A stretch of DNA of 43,548 nt from Candidatus Saganbacteria bacterium (GCA_016939335.1 JAFGHC010000028.1:1-43548); one strand, 5' to 3'. Counted from the first letter of the stretch, positions 18,561 to 31,480 are shown. Program-made: numbers and translations. Notes: generated by a model not told the origin, from the sequence alone.

Positions 18561-19802
18561 ATGGTCGAAAGAAGACGGGTCGTGGTGACGGGGATCGGGG
18601 TCGTTTCGCCGGCGGGGATCGGCAAGGAGAAGTTCTGGGAGGGCGTCAGCCGAGGCAAGAACTGCATTGACCGGATAACTTTTTTCGACCCCAAGGACCA
18701 TCCGTCGCAGGTTGCGGCGGAGATCAGGGATTTTGACCCTACGGACTATCTTTCTCCCCAAGAATTACATCATGTGCATCGCTCAACTCCTTTAGCGATT
18801 GCTGCGACGGCGGAAGCATTAAGGGGCAGTAAAATAAGCGAGAGCGATTACCGGGAGATTGGGGTGGTTATAGGGTCAGGGGCCGGAGGACTGGGATATG
18901 GCGAACAGCAGATAATGAAATATTATAGAGATGGATACAAGAGAATGAGCCCTCATGCTTCGACTGGAACTTTTGTCGGGATGATCTCTTCCGATGTTTC
19001 CATTCGTTTCGGCTTGAATGGCATGAGTACTGTTGTCTCGACCGGCTGCACCAGCGCTAACGATGCGATGGGGAGCGCGCTTAATCTTATCAGGTTTGGG
19101 CTAGCAGATATTTTGATCACTGGCGGTGCGGAAGCCTGCGTTACCCCGGCGATTGTAGCGGCGTTTGCAAGGTTAGGAGCGTTATCGATTAAGTGGAATG
19201 CTGAGCCGAAACGGGCGTCTCGCCCGTTCAATGCTGATCGTGACGGTTTTGTAATGGGCGAAGGTGCCTGGATCTTTGTTTTTGAGGAATTAAAACGAGC
19301 ACTGAAAAGAGGCGCGGTAATTTATGCTGAAGTGGCTGGCTATGCCGCGACATGCGATGCCTATCACAAAACTGTGCCGGAGCCGACAGGTGCGTTCTTG
19401 GCTAAAGCAATGGAAAACGCCATGAAAGATGCAGCCCTGGCGAAAGAACAGATCGATTATATAAATCTTCACGGAACATCGACTATTTTAAACGATAAGA
19501 CAGAAACAGCGGCGATCAAGTTGTGCTTTGGACGACGGGCGTATTCAATCCCTTGCAGTTCCCTGAAGTCTATGATAGGACATCCTCAAGGTGCGAGTGG
19601 AGCGGCTGGGGCGGCAGCTTCCATTATGTCCATGATTAATAATTTTATTGTTCCTACTATAAATTATGAGAGGCCAGATCCGGAATGTGATCTTGATTAT
19701 GTGCCTAATAAGGGCAGAGCGGCGAAAGTTGATACGGTCATGGTTAATTCTATCGGATTCGGCTCGAAAAATTCAATAATAATTTTGAAAAAATATTCAT
19801 AA
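18561..19802 (+). CDS. Beta-ketoacyl-ACP synthase II-like ketosynthase
   Basis: RVVVTGIG, STGCTS (Cys), SRPFNADRDGFVMGEG, HGTST and GHPQGA (two His), NSIGFG; FabF-like, but no ACP/fab neighbours. Confidence 0.9.
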   Translation: MVERRRVVVTGIGVVSPAGIGKEKFWEGVSRGKNCIDRITFFDPKDHPSQVAAEIRDFDPTDYLSPQELHHVHRSTPLAIAATAEALRGSKISESDYREIGVVIGSGAGGLGYGEQQIMKYYRDGYKRMSPHASTGTFVGMISSDVSIRFGLNGMSTVVSTGCTSANDAMGSALNLIRFGLADILITGGAEACVTPAIVAAFARLGALSIKWNAEPKRASRPFNADRDGFVMGEGAWIFVFEELKRALKRGAVIYAEVAGYAATCDAYHKTVPEPTGAFLAKAMENAMKDAALAKEQIDYINLHGTSTILNDKTETAAIKLCFGRRAYSIPCSSLKSMIGHPQGASGAAGAAASIMSMINNFIVPTINYERPDPECDLDYVPNKGRAAKVDTVMVNSIGFGSKNSIIILKKYS

Positions 19803-19829
19803 CACAGCTGTCAAATATGAAGGTAATTT

Positions 19830-20786
19830 ATGTTAGTTGAACCGGTTGTCGAGAATTCTTTTTTGGCGGCCGGCTTGGATTTATACCGTAGGGGGAGGAA
19901 GGTGGCGGCTGAACAGGAATTTGAGCGTGCGCTTGGTGCTGATCCCGAGACATCTTATTTGTTAGTAGGCTTATGCTCAACAGCAAGGTTAAGCCCCAAA
20001 TTGACAAAAAAGATCATGGCGATTGCCAGGCGAACGGACCCCGGCATTCATGAGGATGGTTCCATGGAATCAGGCGTGCCTTATCTTGAACACATCGTTA
20101 GGAAAAGTGATTTTATCTATAGCGGCCCGGCAAAATTCTTAGCTAAAGAAATAATTGAAATGGGGTTGAAATCCGGCAAAATAATTGACGTTGGGACAGG
20201 GCCCGGCCCTTTTGCAATCGCTTTGAGACTGCGGCTGGCGGAAAGCTTTCAAATAATTGGTTATGATGTTTCTGACGCTATGCTGAAAATCGCCGAAGGC
20301 CGGATAACCGGCTTGGGCCTTAATATAGGATTAAAAAGAGGGCCGATCATTGAGCCGGCAAAAGAGCTGACAGGGGACAATGCTTTGCCGTTTACTGATG
20401 AATCAATCGATATTATTATCAGCCACGGCTCGATGCACCATTGGGGGGGAGGGGTGAGCAGCCCAGAGAGCGTGGAGGTTATGCTTCAGGAATTGATTAG
20501 AATATTAAAGCCGGGAGGGCGAATATTTCTTTTTGACATTAATCCGGCAGGGATAGGTACAAAATTTATAGTTAAAAGCAAGCTGCTGAAATTACTCAGG
20601 AGGGATTATCAACATGAGGCTTTTAAACATTCGGCTGAGCATAGTTTGAGCGCTGAACAAATCGGGAACTTACTAAGAAACATAAAAATAGGGCATAATC
20701 TTTATAAGATATACCCTGCCGTGCCGCTGTTCCCTGCCGGTTTCATTTTTCATGTTTTGGATATTAAAAAGCAGGGGGCAAGATGA
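19830..20786 (+). CDS. Class I SAM-dependent methyltransferase
   Basis: IIDVGTGPG motif I, GYDVSDAML, LPFTDESIDII, RILKPGG. Confidence 0.85.
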   Translation: MLVEPVVENSFLAAGLDLYRRGRKVAAEQEFERALGADPETSYLLVGLCSTARLSPKLTKKIMAIARRTDPGIHEDGSMESGVPYLEHIVRKSDFIYSGPAKFLAKEIIEMGLKSGKIIDVGTGPGPFAIALRLRLAESFQIIGYDVSDAMLKIAEGRITGLGLNIGLKRGPIIEPAKELTGDNALPFTDESIDIIISHGSMHHWGGGVSSPESVEVMLQELIRILKPGGRIFLFDINPAGIGTKFIVKSKLLKLLRRDYQHEAFKHSAEHSLSAEQIGNLLRNIKIGHNLYKIYPAVPLFPAGFIFHVLDIKKQGAR

Positions 20787-23233
20787 CCTTTAATTCGATT
20801 GCTTCGTTTGCTGGCTTCTTTATCGTTTTTGCTCTCGGGCTTTTAATCCTGTTAAGAGGCAATCAATCGCGCGTGTCGATTGTTTATGCTTTATTTTTAT
20901 TTAGTATTGCAGTCTGGGCCTTGGGGATATTCGGTTTAATAACTTCAGTTGACGGGGCTAATGCTTGGATTTGGATGAGGGTCTTAAACCTTGGCTTTAT
21001 TTTCATACCGGTTTTATTTATCCACTCAACTTTTTTGTTGCTTAGATTGCCGGGGCAATGGTTGCTTCCCGTCAGCTATCTTTTGACTTTCTTGTTTTAC
21101 TTGCCATTGTCTCTGACGCCGTTATTTACCAGAGATATTGCCAAGACGACATATTATTATGTGGCAGTGCCAGGGGAATTATTCCCGGCCTTTCTTGTTT
21201 TTTTAGTCGGCTTGTGGCTTTATGGATTTTATTTATTATTCAGGGATTATCAGGTTCAAAAAGGGAGCGGGCGCAACAGAACGCTTTATGTCTTGCTAGC
21301 CTCAATAATTGTTCTTGCGGGAGGGCTGGCAGTTCTACCCGCCTTGGCCGGACAGAGCATTTATCCGATTTGGAATCTAACTAATATTATTTATGGGGGC
21401 ATGATTGCTTATGCCATCCTTAAATACCGCCTGATGGATATCACTCTGGTCATCAAAAAGACCACCGCCTACAGCCTGGTTGCCTCGGCGCTCACTTTTT
21501 TCTACGTTTTCGTCGTGCTGTCCCTGGAGTACGTTTCCCGCGCCGTGTTCGGCTATTATTCGTTCTGGTCGGCCGTCTTCGCTTCGCTCATCATTGCGGT
21601 CACTTTTACCCCCTTCCGCGAAAGACTGCAGGGGCTGGTCGACCGGTTTTTCTTCCGCCAGACGATCGAGTACCAGAAGATCATCAGGGAAGTCACGCAT
21701 TTAATTGCTTCGGTTATAAATCTGAATACGCTCTTCCGGCTGATCGACCGGACGGTCGTCCGGGCGCTCTGCATCCGGAGTGTCGCGATCATGCTGAGCG
21801 AAGAGGACGGCCGGTATTTCCGGGTCGAGAAAACCAACGGCCATTCCCATGAGCTGCTTAACCACCAGCTGCCGGCCAGCCATCCGCTGATCGCTTTTTT
21901 CTCGGAGAAAAAGGACGCGGTGGTGCTCGATGAGATCAAGGAAGCGCTGGAGAGAGACGTCCCGGACGCAGCGCGGGGGAAATTGCGGGCCATCGCCGAC
22001 GAATTCCTGGTCTTTGCGGCGGAAGTGGCGATCCCGGCCTTCTCCCGCGGCAGGCTGGTCGGCATCCTCCTGCTGGGCGAGAAGCTGTCGGGCGAGCCCT
22101 ACAGCTCCGAAGACCTCGACCTGCTGCTGACCATGGCCTCCGAGGCCGGCATCGCCATCGAGAACGCCAAGCTTTACCGCGACATCACCGAAACGCGCGA
22201 CTACCTCAACAGCATCGTCCAGGGGAGCGAGGACGCCATTTTCACTCTTAACCTGAAGGGGAACGTCCTCTCCTGGAACAAAGGAGCGGAGAACATTTTT
22301 GGCTACAAATACGACGAGGTCTTTGGCCGGCGGCCGCCTTTCTTCAGCGAAAAAGAAGCGCTCGACTGGATCGGGCGGGTCAAGGCGGGCGAACCGATCA
22401 AAGCGGCCGAGATAATCGAAAAGAGCAAACAGGGAACAGGCCTCGACCTACTGTTGACTCTCTCCCCGGTTCGCGACGCCGCCGACAATATGATCGCCGT
22501 CTCGGCCATCGTCAAGGACATTTCCCAGCTGCGCCGCCTCGACCTGGCCAAGCAGGAATTCCTTTATTCGGTCAGCAACGAACTGCGCGCGCCGCTGACG
22601 CCGATCCAGGTTTATCTCGCGCAGCTGCAGCGGGGCGAGCTGGGGGGGCTGACCGACAAGCAGAAAGAAGCTCTGGCCGTAATCACCGGCCAGAGCAATC
22701 ACCTGCACAATCTGATCGACAGCGTGATCGATATCTCCCGGATCGAGGCCGGCCGGCCGCTCGAGATCGCGCAGGAACCGGTTTTTCTCGATGAGGTCGT
22801 CCGTGAGGCCAGCGACAGTAATCAGCCGGCTTACCGGGCCAAAGGGATCAGGCTGGAAACCGAATCCCCGCCGGCGAGGATCGCCCTGATGGCCGATCAC
22901 ATCAAGCTGCTGCGGGTGATGGAGAACCTGCTGGGCAACGCTTACAAATTCACGCCGAGCGGCGGCACGGTCAGGATCGCGGTCAGGGAAGAAAACAAGC
23001 AGGCGTTGGTCGCGGTCAGCGATACCGGCATCGGCCTGGCGGCGGAGCACCGGGAAAAGATCTTTGAGAAGTTCTATCAGGTCAACAGCGAATATACCCG
23101 CGCGACCGGCGGCATCGGCATGGGGCTGACGATCGCGCGCGAGATCGTCGAAGCGCACGGCGGGCGGATCTGGGCGGAATCGGCAGGCCTGGGCCGCGGG
23201 TTGAAATTGACTTTCACTTTGCCGATCGCTTAG
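20783..23233 (+). CDS. 7TM-GAF-PAS histidine kinase-like protein lacking the phospho-His
   Basis: HisKA_7TM-like N-terminus ending YAILKYRLMDI, GAF (LGEKLSGEPY..IAIENAKLY), PAS (WNKGAENIFGY), H-box reads VSNELRAPL, intact HATPase boxes. Confidence 0.88.
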   Translation: MTFNSIASFAGFFIVFALGLLILLRGNQSRVSIVYALFLFSIAVWALGIFGLITSVDGANAWIWMRVLNLGFIFIPVLFIHSTFLLLRLPGQWLLPVSYLLTFLFYLPLSLTPLFTRDIAKTTYYYVAVPGELFPAFLVFLVGLWLYGFYLLFRDYQVQKGSGRNRTLYVLLASIIVLAGGLAVLPALAGQSIYPIWNLTNIIYGGMIAYAILKYRLMDITLVIKKTTAYSLVASALTFFYVFVVLSLEYVSRAVFGYYSFWSAVFASLIIAVTFTPFRERLQGLVDRFFFRQTIEYQKIIREVTHLIASVINLNTLFRLIDRTVVRALCIRSVAIMLSEEDGRYFRVEKTNGHSHELLNHQLPASHPLIAFFSEKKDAVVLDEIKEALERDVPDAARGKLRAIADEFLVFAAEVAIPAFSRGRLVGILLLGEKLSGEPYSSEDLDLLLTMASEAGIAIENAKLYRDITETRDYLNSIVQGSEDAIFTLNLKGNVLSWNKGAENIFGYKYDEVFGRRPPFFSEKEALDWIGRVKAGEPIKAAEIIEKSKQGTGLDLLLTLSPVRDAADNMIAVSAIVKDISQLRRLDLAKQEFLYSVSNELRAPLTPIQVYLAQLQRGELGGLTDKQKEALAVITGQSNHLHNLIDSVIDISRIEAGRPLEIAQEPVFLDEVVREASDSNQPAYRAKGIRLETESPPARIALMADHIKLLRVMENLLGNAYKFTPSGGTVRIAVREENKQALVAVSDTGIGLAAEHREKIFEKFYQVNSEYTRATGGIGMGLTIAREIVEAHGGRIWAESAGLGRGLKLTFTLPIA

Positions 23234-23256
23234 GACTGAACGTTCAATCGAACAGC

Positions 23257-24180
23257 ATGAACACTTATCCGGGACAGAGCGGCCAATTTTTGAGGATCGT
23301 CCGCAATATGGACGTGATCCTGCGCGGCCTGGCGCTGCCCATGATCTTTGTGCTGGTGCTGATCGTTTTTTTCTGCGGCTTGCCTTACCCCGTGCTGCCG
23401 CTCGGCCTGCTGCTGATCGTTTACACGCTGGTCGGCGGCGCGGCGCTCTGGCTGATCGAACGGGACCGGTGGCCGGCGCGGCACGTTCTTTTCGTTCTGC
23501 TCTGTATCGATTGCCTGCTGGCGGGCGCGGCCATGTACTACACGGGCGGGATCGAGAGTTTTATGCCCCAGGTCATGATGATCATTGCCGTGCTGGCCGG
23601 CTTGCTCCTGCCGCCCTGGCAGATCGCGGCGCTGGTGGCGGCCTGCTGGCTGGTTTACGCCGCGGAGCTCTGGCTGGAAATTAACCGGCTGGTGCCGCAT
23701 ATCACGATCTTTAAGCATTTCATTGAACCGGCCGCTTACGCCGGCTCCGTTTATTTGCGCGTCATTCCGCTGGCCAACCTGCTGGTCCTGACGGCGCTGG
23801 CCGTCATGGCTTACCTGGCGGCCCGCCTGCTGGAGACGCGCGAGCAGAAGATCGGGATGCTGAACCGGCGGCTGGAGGACAGCGCGCGGCAGCTGCGCAA
23901 AAAAGGGGAGGAAAGAACGGCGCTGAACGAGCAGTTGAACCGCAAAGTGCGGGAGCAGGAAAGCTTGCAGGCCAAGCTGGAAGAAATGGTCGCGTCCCGG
24001 ACCGGCGAACTGCAGGCCAAGATCAGCGCCATGAGCCGGGTCGAGGCGCAACTAAAGGATAATTTAGCCGAATTAGAGAAGGTCAATTATCTGGCCATCG
24101 GGCGGGAATTGTCGATGATCGAGCTGGAAGAGGAAGTTAATTTGCTTCTGCGCGAGCTGGGCCGGCCGGCGAAATATTAA
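23257..24180 (+). CDS. Membrane sensor-like protein with coiled-coil tail, no kinase domain (paralog 1)
   Basis: 5-6 TM with YYTGGIES motif; C-terminus GRELSMIELEEEVNLLLRELGRPAKY. Confidence 0.8.
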   Translation: MNTYPGQSGQFLRIVRNMDVILRGLALPMIFVLVLIVFFCGLPYPVLPLGLLLIVYTLVGGAALWLIERDRWPARHVLFVLLCIDCLLAGAAMYYTGGIESFMPQVMMIIAVLAGLLLPPWQIAALVAACWLVYAAELWLEINRLVPHITIFKHFIEPAAYAGSVYLRVIPLANLLVLTALAVMAYLAARLLETREQKIGMLNRRLEDSARQLRKKGEERTALNEQLNRKVREQESLQAKLEEMVASRTGELQAKISAMSRVEAQLKDNLAELEKVNYLAIGRELSMIELEEEVNLLLRELGRPAKY

Positions 24181-24193
24181 CAGGAGCGCAAGT

Positions 24194-25141
24194 TTGAACG
24201 AAGATAAGCGGACCGGACGGAAAACTAAAGAAGAGAATCTCAGATATATTGATATCGTCTTAAACAACGACTGGATCGCGCGCCGCGCACTGCTGCCGAT
24301 GCTGTTCGCCATGATGCTGATCTTCCTTTCTTTTGGCGTCCCGTATCCGCTTCTGCCGCTCTCGCTGCTGATGGCGATTTATTTCATCGGCAGCGGGGCG
24401 GTGATCTATGTGATCAGCCGGGGGTGGGGCCGTCCGCTGGTCAATTATTTTTTGCTGCTTTGCTGGCTTGATCTGATCGCGGCGGTCGCCATGTACTATA
24501 CCGGCGGGGCCGAAAGCTTCATCTTCCCGATCTTCACGGTCATCGCGATCCTGGCCGCGCTGACGCTGCCGCTCTGGCAGATCGCGGCGGTGGTCATTTG
24601 CGCCGGAGTTTTTTATTCGGCGGAGCTTTTGATCGAGTTTAACGGCTGGCTGCCCCACGTCGCGATCTTCAAAGAGTTCATGCCGCCCGCCGGTTACGCG
24701 GAGTCCGCGTATTTTCTGGTCATTCCGCTCGTCAATTTCACGGTGCTGGTGGCGATCGCCGGCCTGGTTTATAGGCTGGCGCAGCAATTGAACGGACACT
24801 GGCGGATTTTGACCGGGCTGAACCGGGAACTGGCGGACAAGGAAGGGCTGCTGCGGCAGGAGGACGAGGCCAAAAGCTTGCTCGGCCGCCAGCTGGACGG
24901 CAAGAGCGGCGAGCTGGAGGCGCTGCGGCTCAACCTGGAAAAGATAGTGGAAGAACGGGCCGAGGAATTAAAGGCCAAGATCGGCGAGATGGACCGGGCC
25001 GAGAGCGAATTGAAGGCCAGGATGGCCGAACTGCAGGACTTTCGCGGGCTGATCGACGGCCGCGAGCGCCGGATGAGCGAGCTGCGGACGGAGAGCGACG
25101 CCCTGCGGCGGGAACTGGGCCGGCCGCCCAAATACACTTAA
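24194..25141 (+). CDS. Membrane sensor-like protein with coiled-coil tail, no kinase domain (paralog 2)
   Basis: AGGAG RBS, TTG start; YYTGGAES motif; C-terminus GRERRMSELRTESDALRRELGRPPKYT; collinear with preceding gene. Confidence 0.8.
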   Translation: MNEDKRTGRKTKEENLRYIDIVLNNDWIARRALLPMLFAMMLIFLSFGVPYPLLPLSLLMAIYFIGSGAVIYVISRGWGRPLVNYFLLLCWLDLIAAVAMYYTGGAESFIFPIFTVIAILAALTLPLWQIAAVVICAGVFYSAELLIEFNGWLPHVAIFKEFMPPAGYAESAYFLVIPLVNFTVLVAIAGLVYRLAQQLNGHWRILTGLNRELADKEGLLRQEDEAKSLLGRQLDGKSGELEALRLNLEKIVEERAEELKAKIGEMDRAESELKARMAELQDFRGLIDGRERRMSELRTESDALRRELGRPPKYT

Positions 25142-25151
25142 TTTACCCCAT

Positions 25152-25180
25152 TAGACAAAGTTGCCGCGACCTGCTAAAAT
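25152..25180 (+). promoter_or_regulatory. Sigma70-type promoter of atp operon
   Basis: TAGACA-17 nt-TAAAAT with extended TG; 7 nt before ATG 25188. Confidence 0.65.
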
Positions 25181-25187
25181 TTCCGGG

Positions 25188-25409
25188 ATGGCGCCGATCA
25201 TCACACACGATCCGCGATCCGATTTCCTGAGGGCGGCTTCGCTGGGCCTGGAGGTGGCGGTGGCCGTTTTTTTGGGGGCGTTCGTCGGCTACGAGGCCGA
25301 CCGGCATTTCCAGAGCGGCCCCTGGCTGATGGTCGCCGGGGTCGTTGTCGGTTCGCTCGCCGGTCTCTGGAATGCTTACAAGTTAGCGGGTAAAAATGAA
25401 CGCGCTTGA
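25188..25409 (+). CDS. AtpZ/AtpI family membrane protein
   Basis: Two TM helices with G..GYEADRHF.S.PW motif; first gene of atp operon. Confidence 0.8.
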   Translation: MAPIITHDPRSDFLRAASLGLEVAVAVFLGAFVGYEADRHFQSGPWLMVAGVVVGSLAGLWNAYKLAGKNERA

Positions 25410-26124
25410 ACATCTGGCGCAAAAGCCGGTCTGGCCGCTGCAGGTCGGCGGGCTGGACCTGACGGTCACGAATGGCGTCGTCACGGTCTGGCTGGCCGCC
25501 CTGATCGTTTTTGGCTGCTATTTTTATCTTTCCCGCCGGCTGACCCTGGTCCCCGGCCGGGCGCAGAACCTGGCGGAAGCCGTCATTTTTTTCCTGCGGG
25601 ACGAAGTTGCCGTCCAGATCGGCCGCGGCCGCGACGCCTGGCTCCCTTTTCTGATCGCGCTCTTCTCTTTTATTTTGGCCAACAATCTGCTCGGCCTGGT
25701 CCCGGCCATGTCGAGCGCCACCGGGAACATCAACACCACCGCCGCCCTGGCGCTGACCGTCTTTGTGGTCGTTCAGGCGGCCGGGATCGCCAGCCACGGG
25801 CCGGCCGGCTACTTCCGGTCACTGATCCCGCCCGGAGTGCCGCTGGCGGTCGCCATTTTCCTGGTGCCGGTCGAGATCATCAGCCAGCTGGCCAAGCCGT
25901 TCTCTCTGGCCGTCCGGTTGTTCGCCAACATGTTCGCCGGCCACGCGGTCATGCTGATGCTCCTCTCGCTGATCTTCGTTTTCAAGAGCTACCTGGTCCT
26001 GCCGCTGCCGGTCATCGGCAACACGCTGGTGCTGGCGTTCGAGATCTTTGTCGCGCTGATCCAGGCGTTCATTTTCACTTATCTGTCGGCGCTCTACATC
26101 GCGACGGCGCTGGAAGGGCATTAG
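25396..26124 (+). CDS. atpB: F0 subunit a
   Basis: NLLGLVP, KPFSLAVRLFANMFAGH, IQAFIFTYL. Confidence 0.96.
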   Translation: MNALEHLAQKPVWPLQVGGLDLTVTNGVVTVWLAALIVFGCYFYLSRRLTLVPGRAQNLAEAVIFFLRDEVAVQIGRGRDAWLPFLIALFSFILANNLLGLVPAMSSATGNINTTAALALTVFVVVQAAGIASHGPAGYFRSLIPPGVPLAVAIFLVPVEIISQLAKPFSLAVRLFANMFAGHAVMLMLLSLIFVFKSYLVLPLPVIGNTLVLAFEIFVALIQAFIFTYLSALYIATALEGH

Positions 26125-26130
26125 GGGAGA

Positions 26131-26232
26131 AATGACGAATTACGAATGACGAATGCCGAATTGAGGTATTTGATTAAGATCCGGATTTTAATTATACATT
26201 AATTCGTAATTCGAAATTCGGCATTCGGAATT
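26131..26232. repeat. Heptamer-period inverted-repeat hairpin (AATGACG family)
   Basis: AATGACG AATTACG AATGACG AATGCCG ... ATTCGTA ATTCGAA ATTCGGC ATTCGGA between atpB and atpE. Confidence 0.85.
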
Positions 26233-26259
26233 AAACAGGGAACAAGGAGGTCGGTAAAC

Positions 26260-26490
26260 ATGGATCCAAGAACAGCAGCATATCTGGCAGCGGGGCTCGG
26301 GATGGGGATCGCGGCGCTCGGCACGGCGCTGGGGGTCGGCTGGTTATCTTCAAAGGCGCTGGAGGGGATGGCGCGTCAGCCGGAAGCGACGAACAATATC
26401 AGGACGAGCATGATCCTGGCGATCGCGTTCGTCGAGGCGATCGCGCTCTACGCGCTGGTCGTGGCGCTGATCCTGGCGACCAAGGCCTAG
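26260..26490 (+). CDS. atpE: F0 subunit c (H+-type)
   Basis: ARQPE loop, FVEAIALY; AAGGAGG RBS. Confidence 0.97.
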   Translation: MDPRTAAYLAAGLGMGIAALGTALGVGWLSSKALEGMARQPEATNNIRTSMILAIAFVEAIALYALVVALILATKA

Positions 26491-26499
26491 TTGAGAAGT

Positions 26500-26525
26500 A
26501 TTCCCCACACTTAAGTGTGGGGAAT
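26500..26525. repeat. Perfect 26-bp REP-like palindrome
   Basis: ATTCCCCACACTTAAGTGTGGGGAAT equals its own reverse complement. Confidence 0.9.
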
Positions 26526-26541
26526 TAGGGGTTTATTTTTC

Positions 26542-27024
26542 ATGCTGGAATTCGAACCGGGATTATTCATCTGGACGGTCGTCTCGTTCGGTTTGCTGGT
26601 CGTCCTTTTATACAGGGTCGCCCTGCCGCCGCTCCTCGGCTTTCTGGCCGAGCGGGAGCGGCTGATCGCCGGCCAGCTGGCCGAGGCGGCCGCCGGCCAG
26701 AAGCAGGCCGAACAGCTGGTGGCGGAGCATAAGCGTGAGCTGGCCGAGGTCCACCGGCGGGCGGAGGAGATAGTGGCGAAAGCCAGGGACGAGGGACGGG
26801 CGGCGCGGGACGAGATCCTTGCCAGGGCCAGCGGCGAGGCCGACCGCGTCCTTGCCCGCGCGCAGCTGGACCTGGAACGGGAGCGGACGGAGATCATGAC
26901 GCGGGCGAGGACGGAGATCGTTGATCTGGTCGCGGCGGCCGCCGGCAAGGTCATCAGGCGGAAGCTATCCGCGGCCGAGGACCGGGCCCTGATCGAAAGA
27001 TCACTGACGGAGAGCCGGGGATGA
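26542..27024 (+). CDS. atpF: F0 subunit b
   Basis: N-terminal TM (PGLFIWTVVSF) then coiled coil; position in operon. Confidence 0.9.
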   Translation: MLEFEPGLFIWTVVSFGLLVVLLYRVALPPLLGFLAERERLIAGQLAEAAAGQKQAEQLVAEHKRELAEVHRRAEEIVAKARDEGRAARDEILARASGEADRVLARAQLDLERERTEIMTRARTEIVDLVAAAAGKVIRRKLSAAEDRALIERSLTESRG

Positions 27025-27513
27025 AAACGATCGACGCGGAGAAACTTTACGAACTGGCCGGCGGCCGGGCGGTCGCCCTCGAAGAGGAGCTACATCTTTT
27101 CAAGGATAAATTGCTCAAGAACCTGGAGTGGCGGCAGTTCCTGGCCGGCCCGGCGCCGCTGAAAGCCAAAAAAGAGGTCGTCGCGGCCATGATGCCCGGG
27201 TCGTCGCCGCTGCTGCGCCGTCTGGTTGAACTTTTATTCCGGGAGCGGCTGACCGGCAAGCTCCCGTGGCTGGCGGAGCGTTTTTCCGCGGTGGTCTCCG
27301 AGCGGCTCGGGTTTTGTTACGTGGAAGTCCGTCACGCGCACCGGCTGAACGAAGAGGAAAAGAAGAGGATCTTTTCGCTGATCGAAAGCGGCTGCCGCGT
27401 CCGCTTCGTGCCGGACAGAGCGGTGATCGGCGGCGTGAAGGTCCGCTGGCAGGACGGGCGTTACTTTGACGCCTCCCTGGCCGGCGATCTGTCAGACTTA
27501 AAGGAGGCCTGCC

Positions 27514-27521
<8 letters not shown>
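27021..27521 (+). CDS. atpH: F1 delta subunit (divergent)
   Basis: Between atpF and atpA; C-terminal [11 protein letters not shown]...FDASL motif. Confidence 0.8.
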
Positions 27522-31466
<3,945 letters not shown>

Positions 31467-31480
31467 TCTGACAATAAGCG

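Noticed and set aside
18740..21425. Prophage, IS or integrative element as cause of the AT-rich block
   Set aside because: No integrase, transposase, tRNA target or terminal repeats seen; boundaries fall inside intact ORFs.
26260..26490. Na+-translocating or N-type ATPase
   Set aside because: c subunit has EA and lacks the Gln and ES/T Na+ ligands; gene order is canonical I-B-E-F-H-A-G-D-C with delta present.
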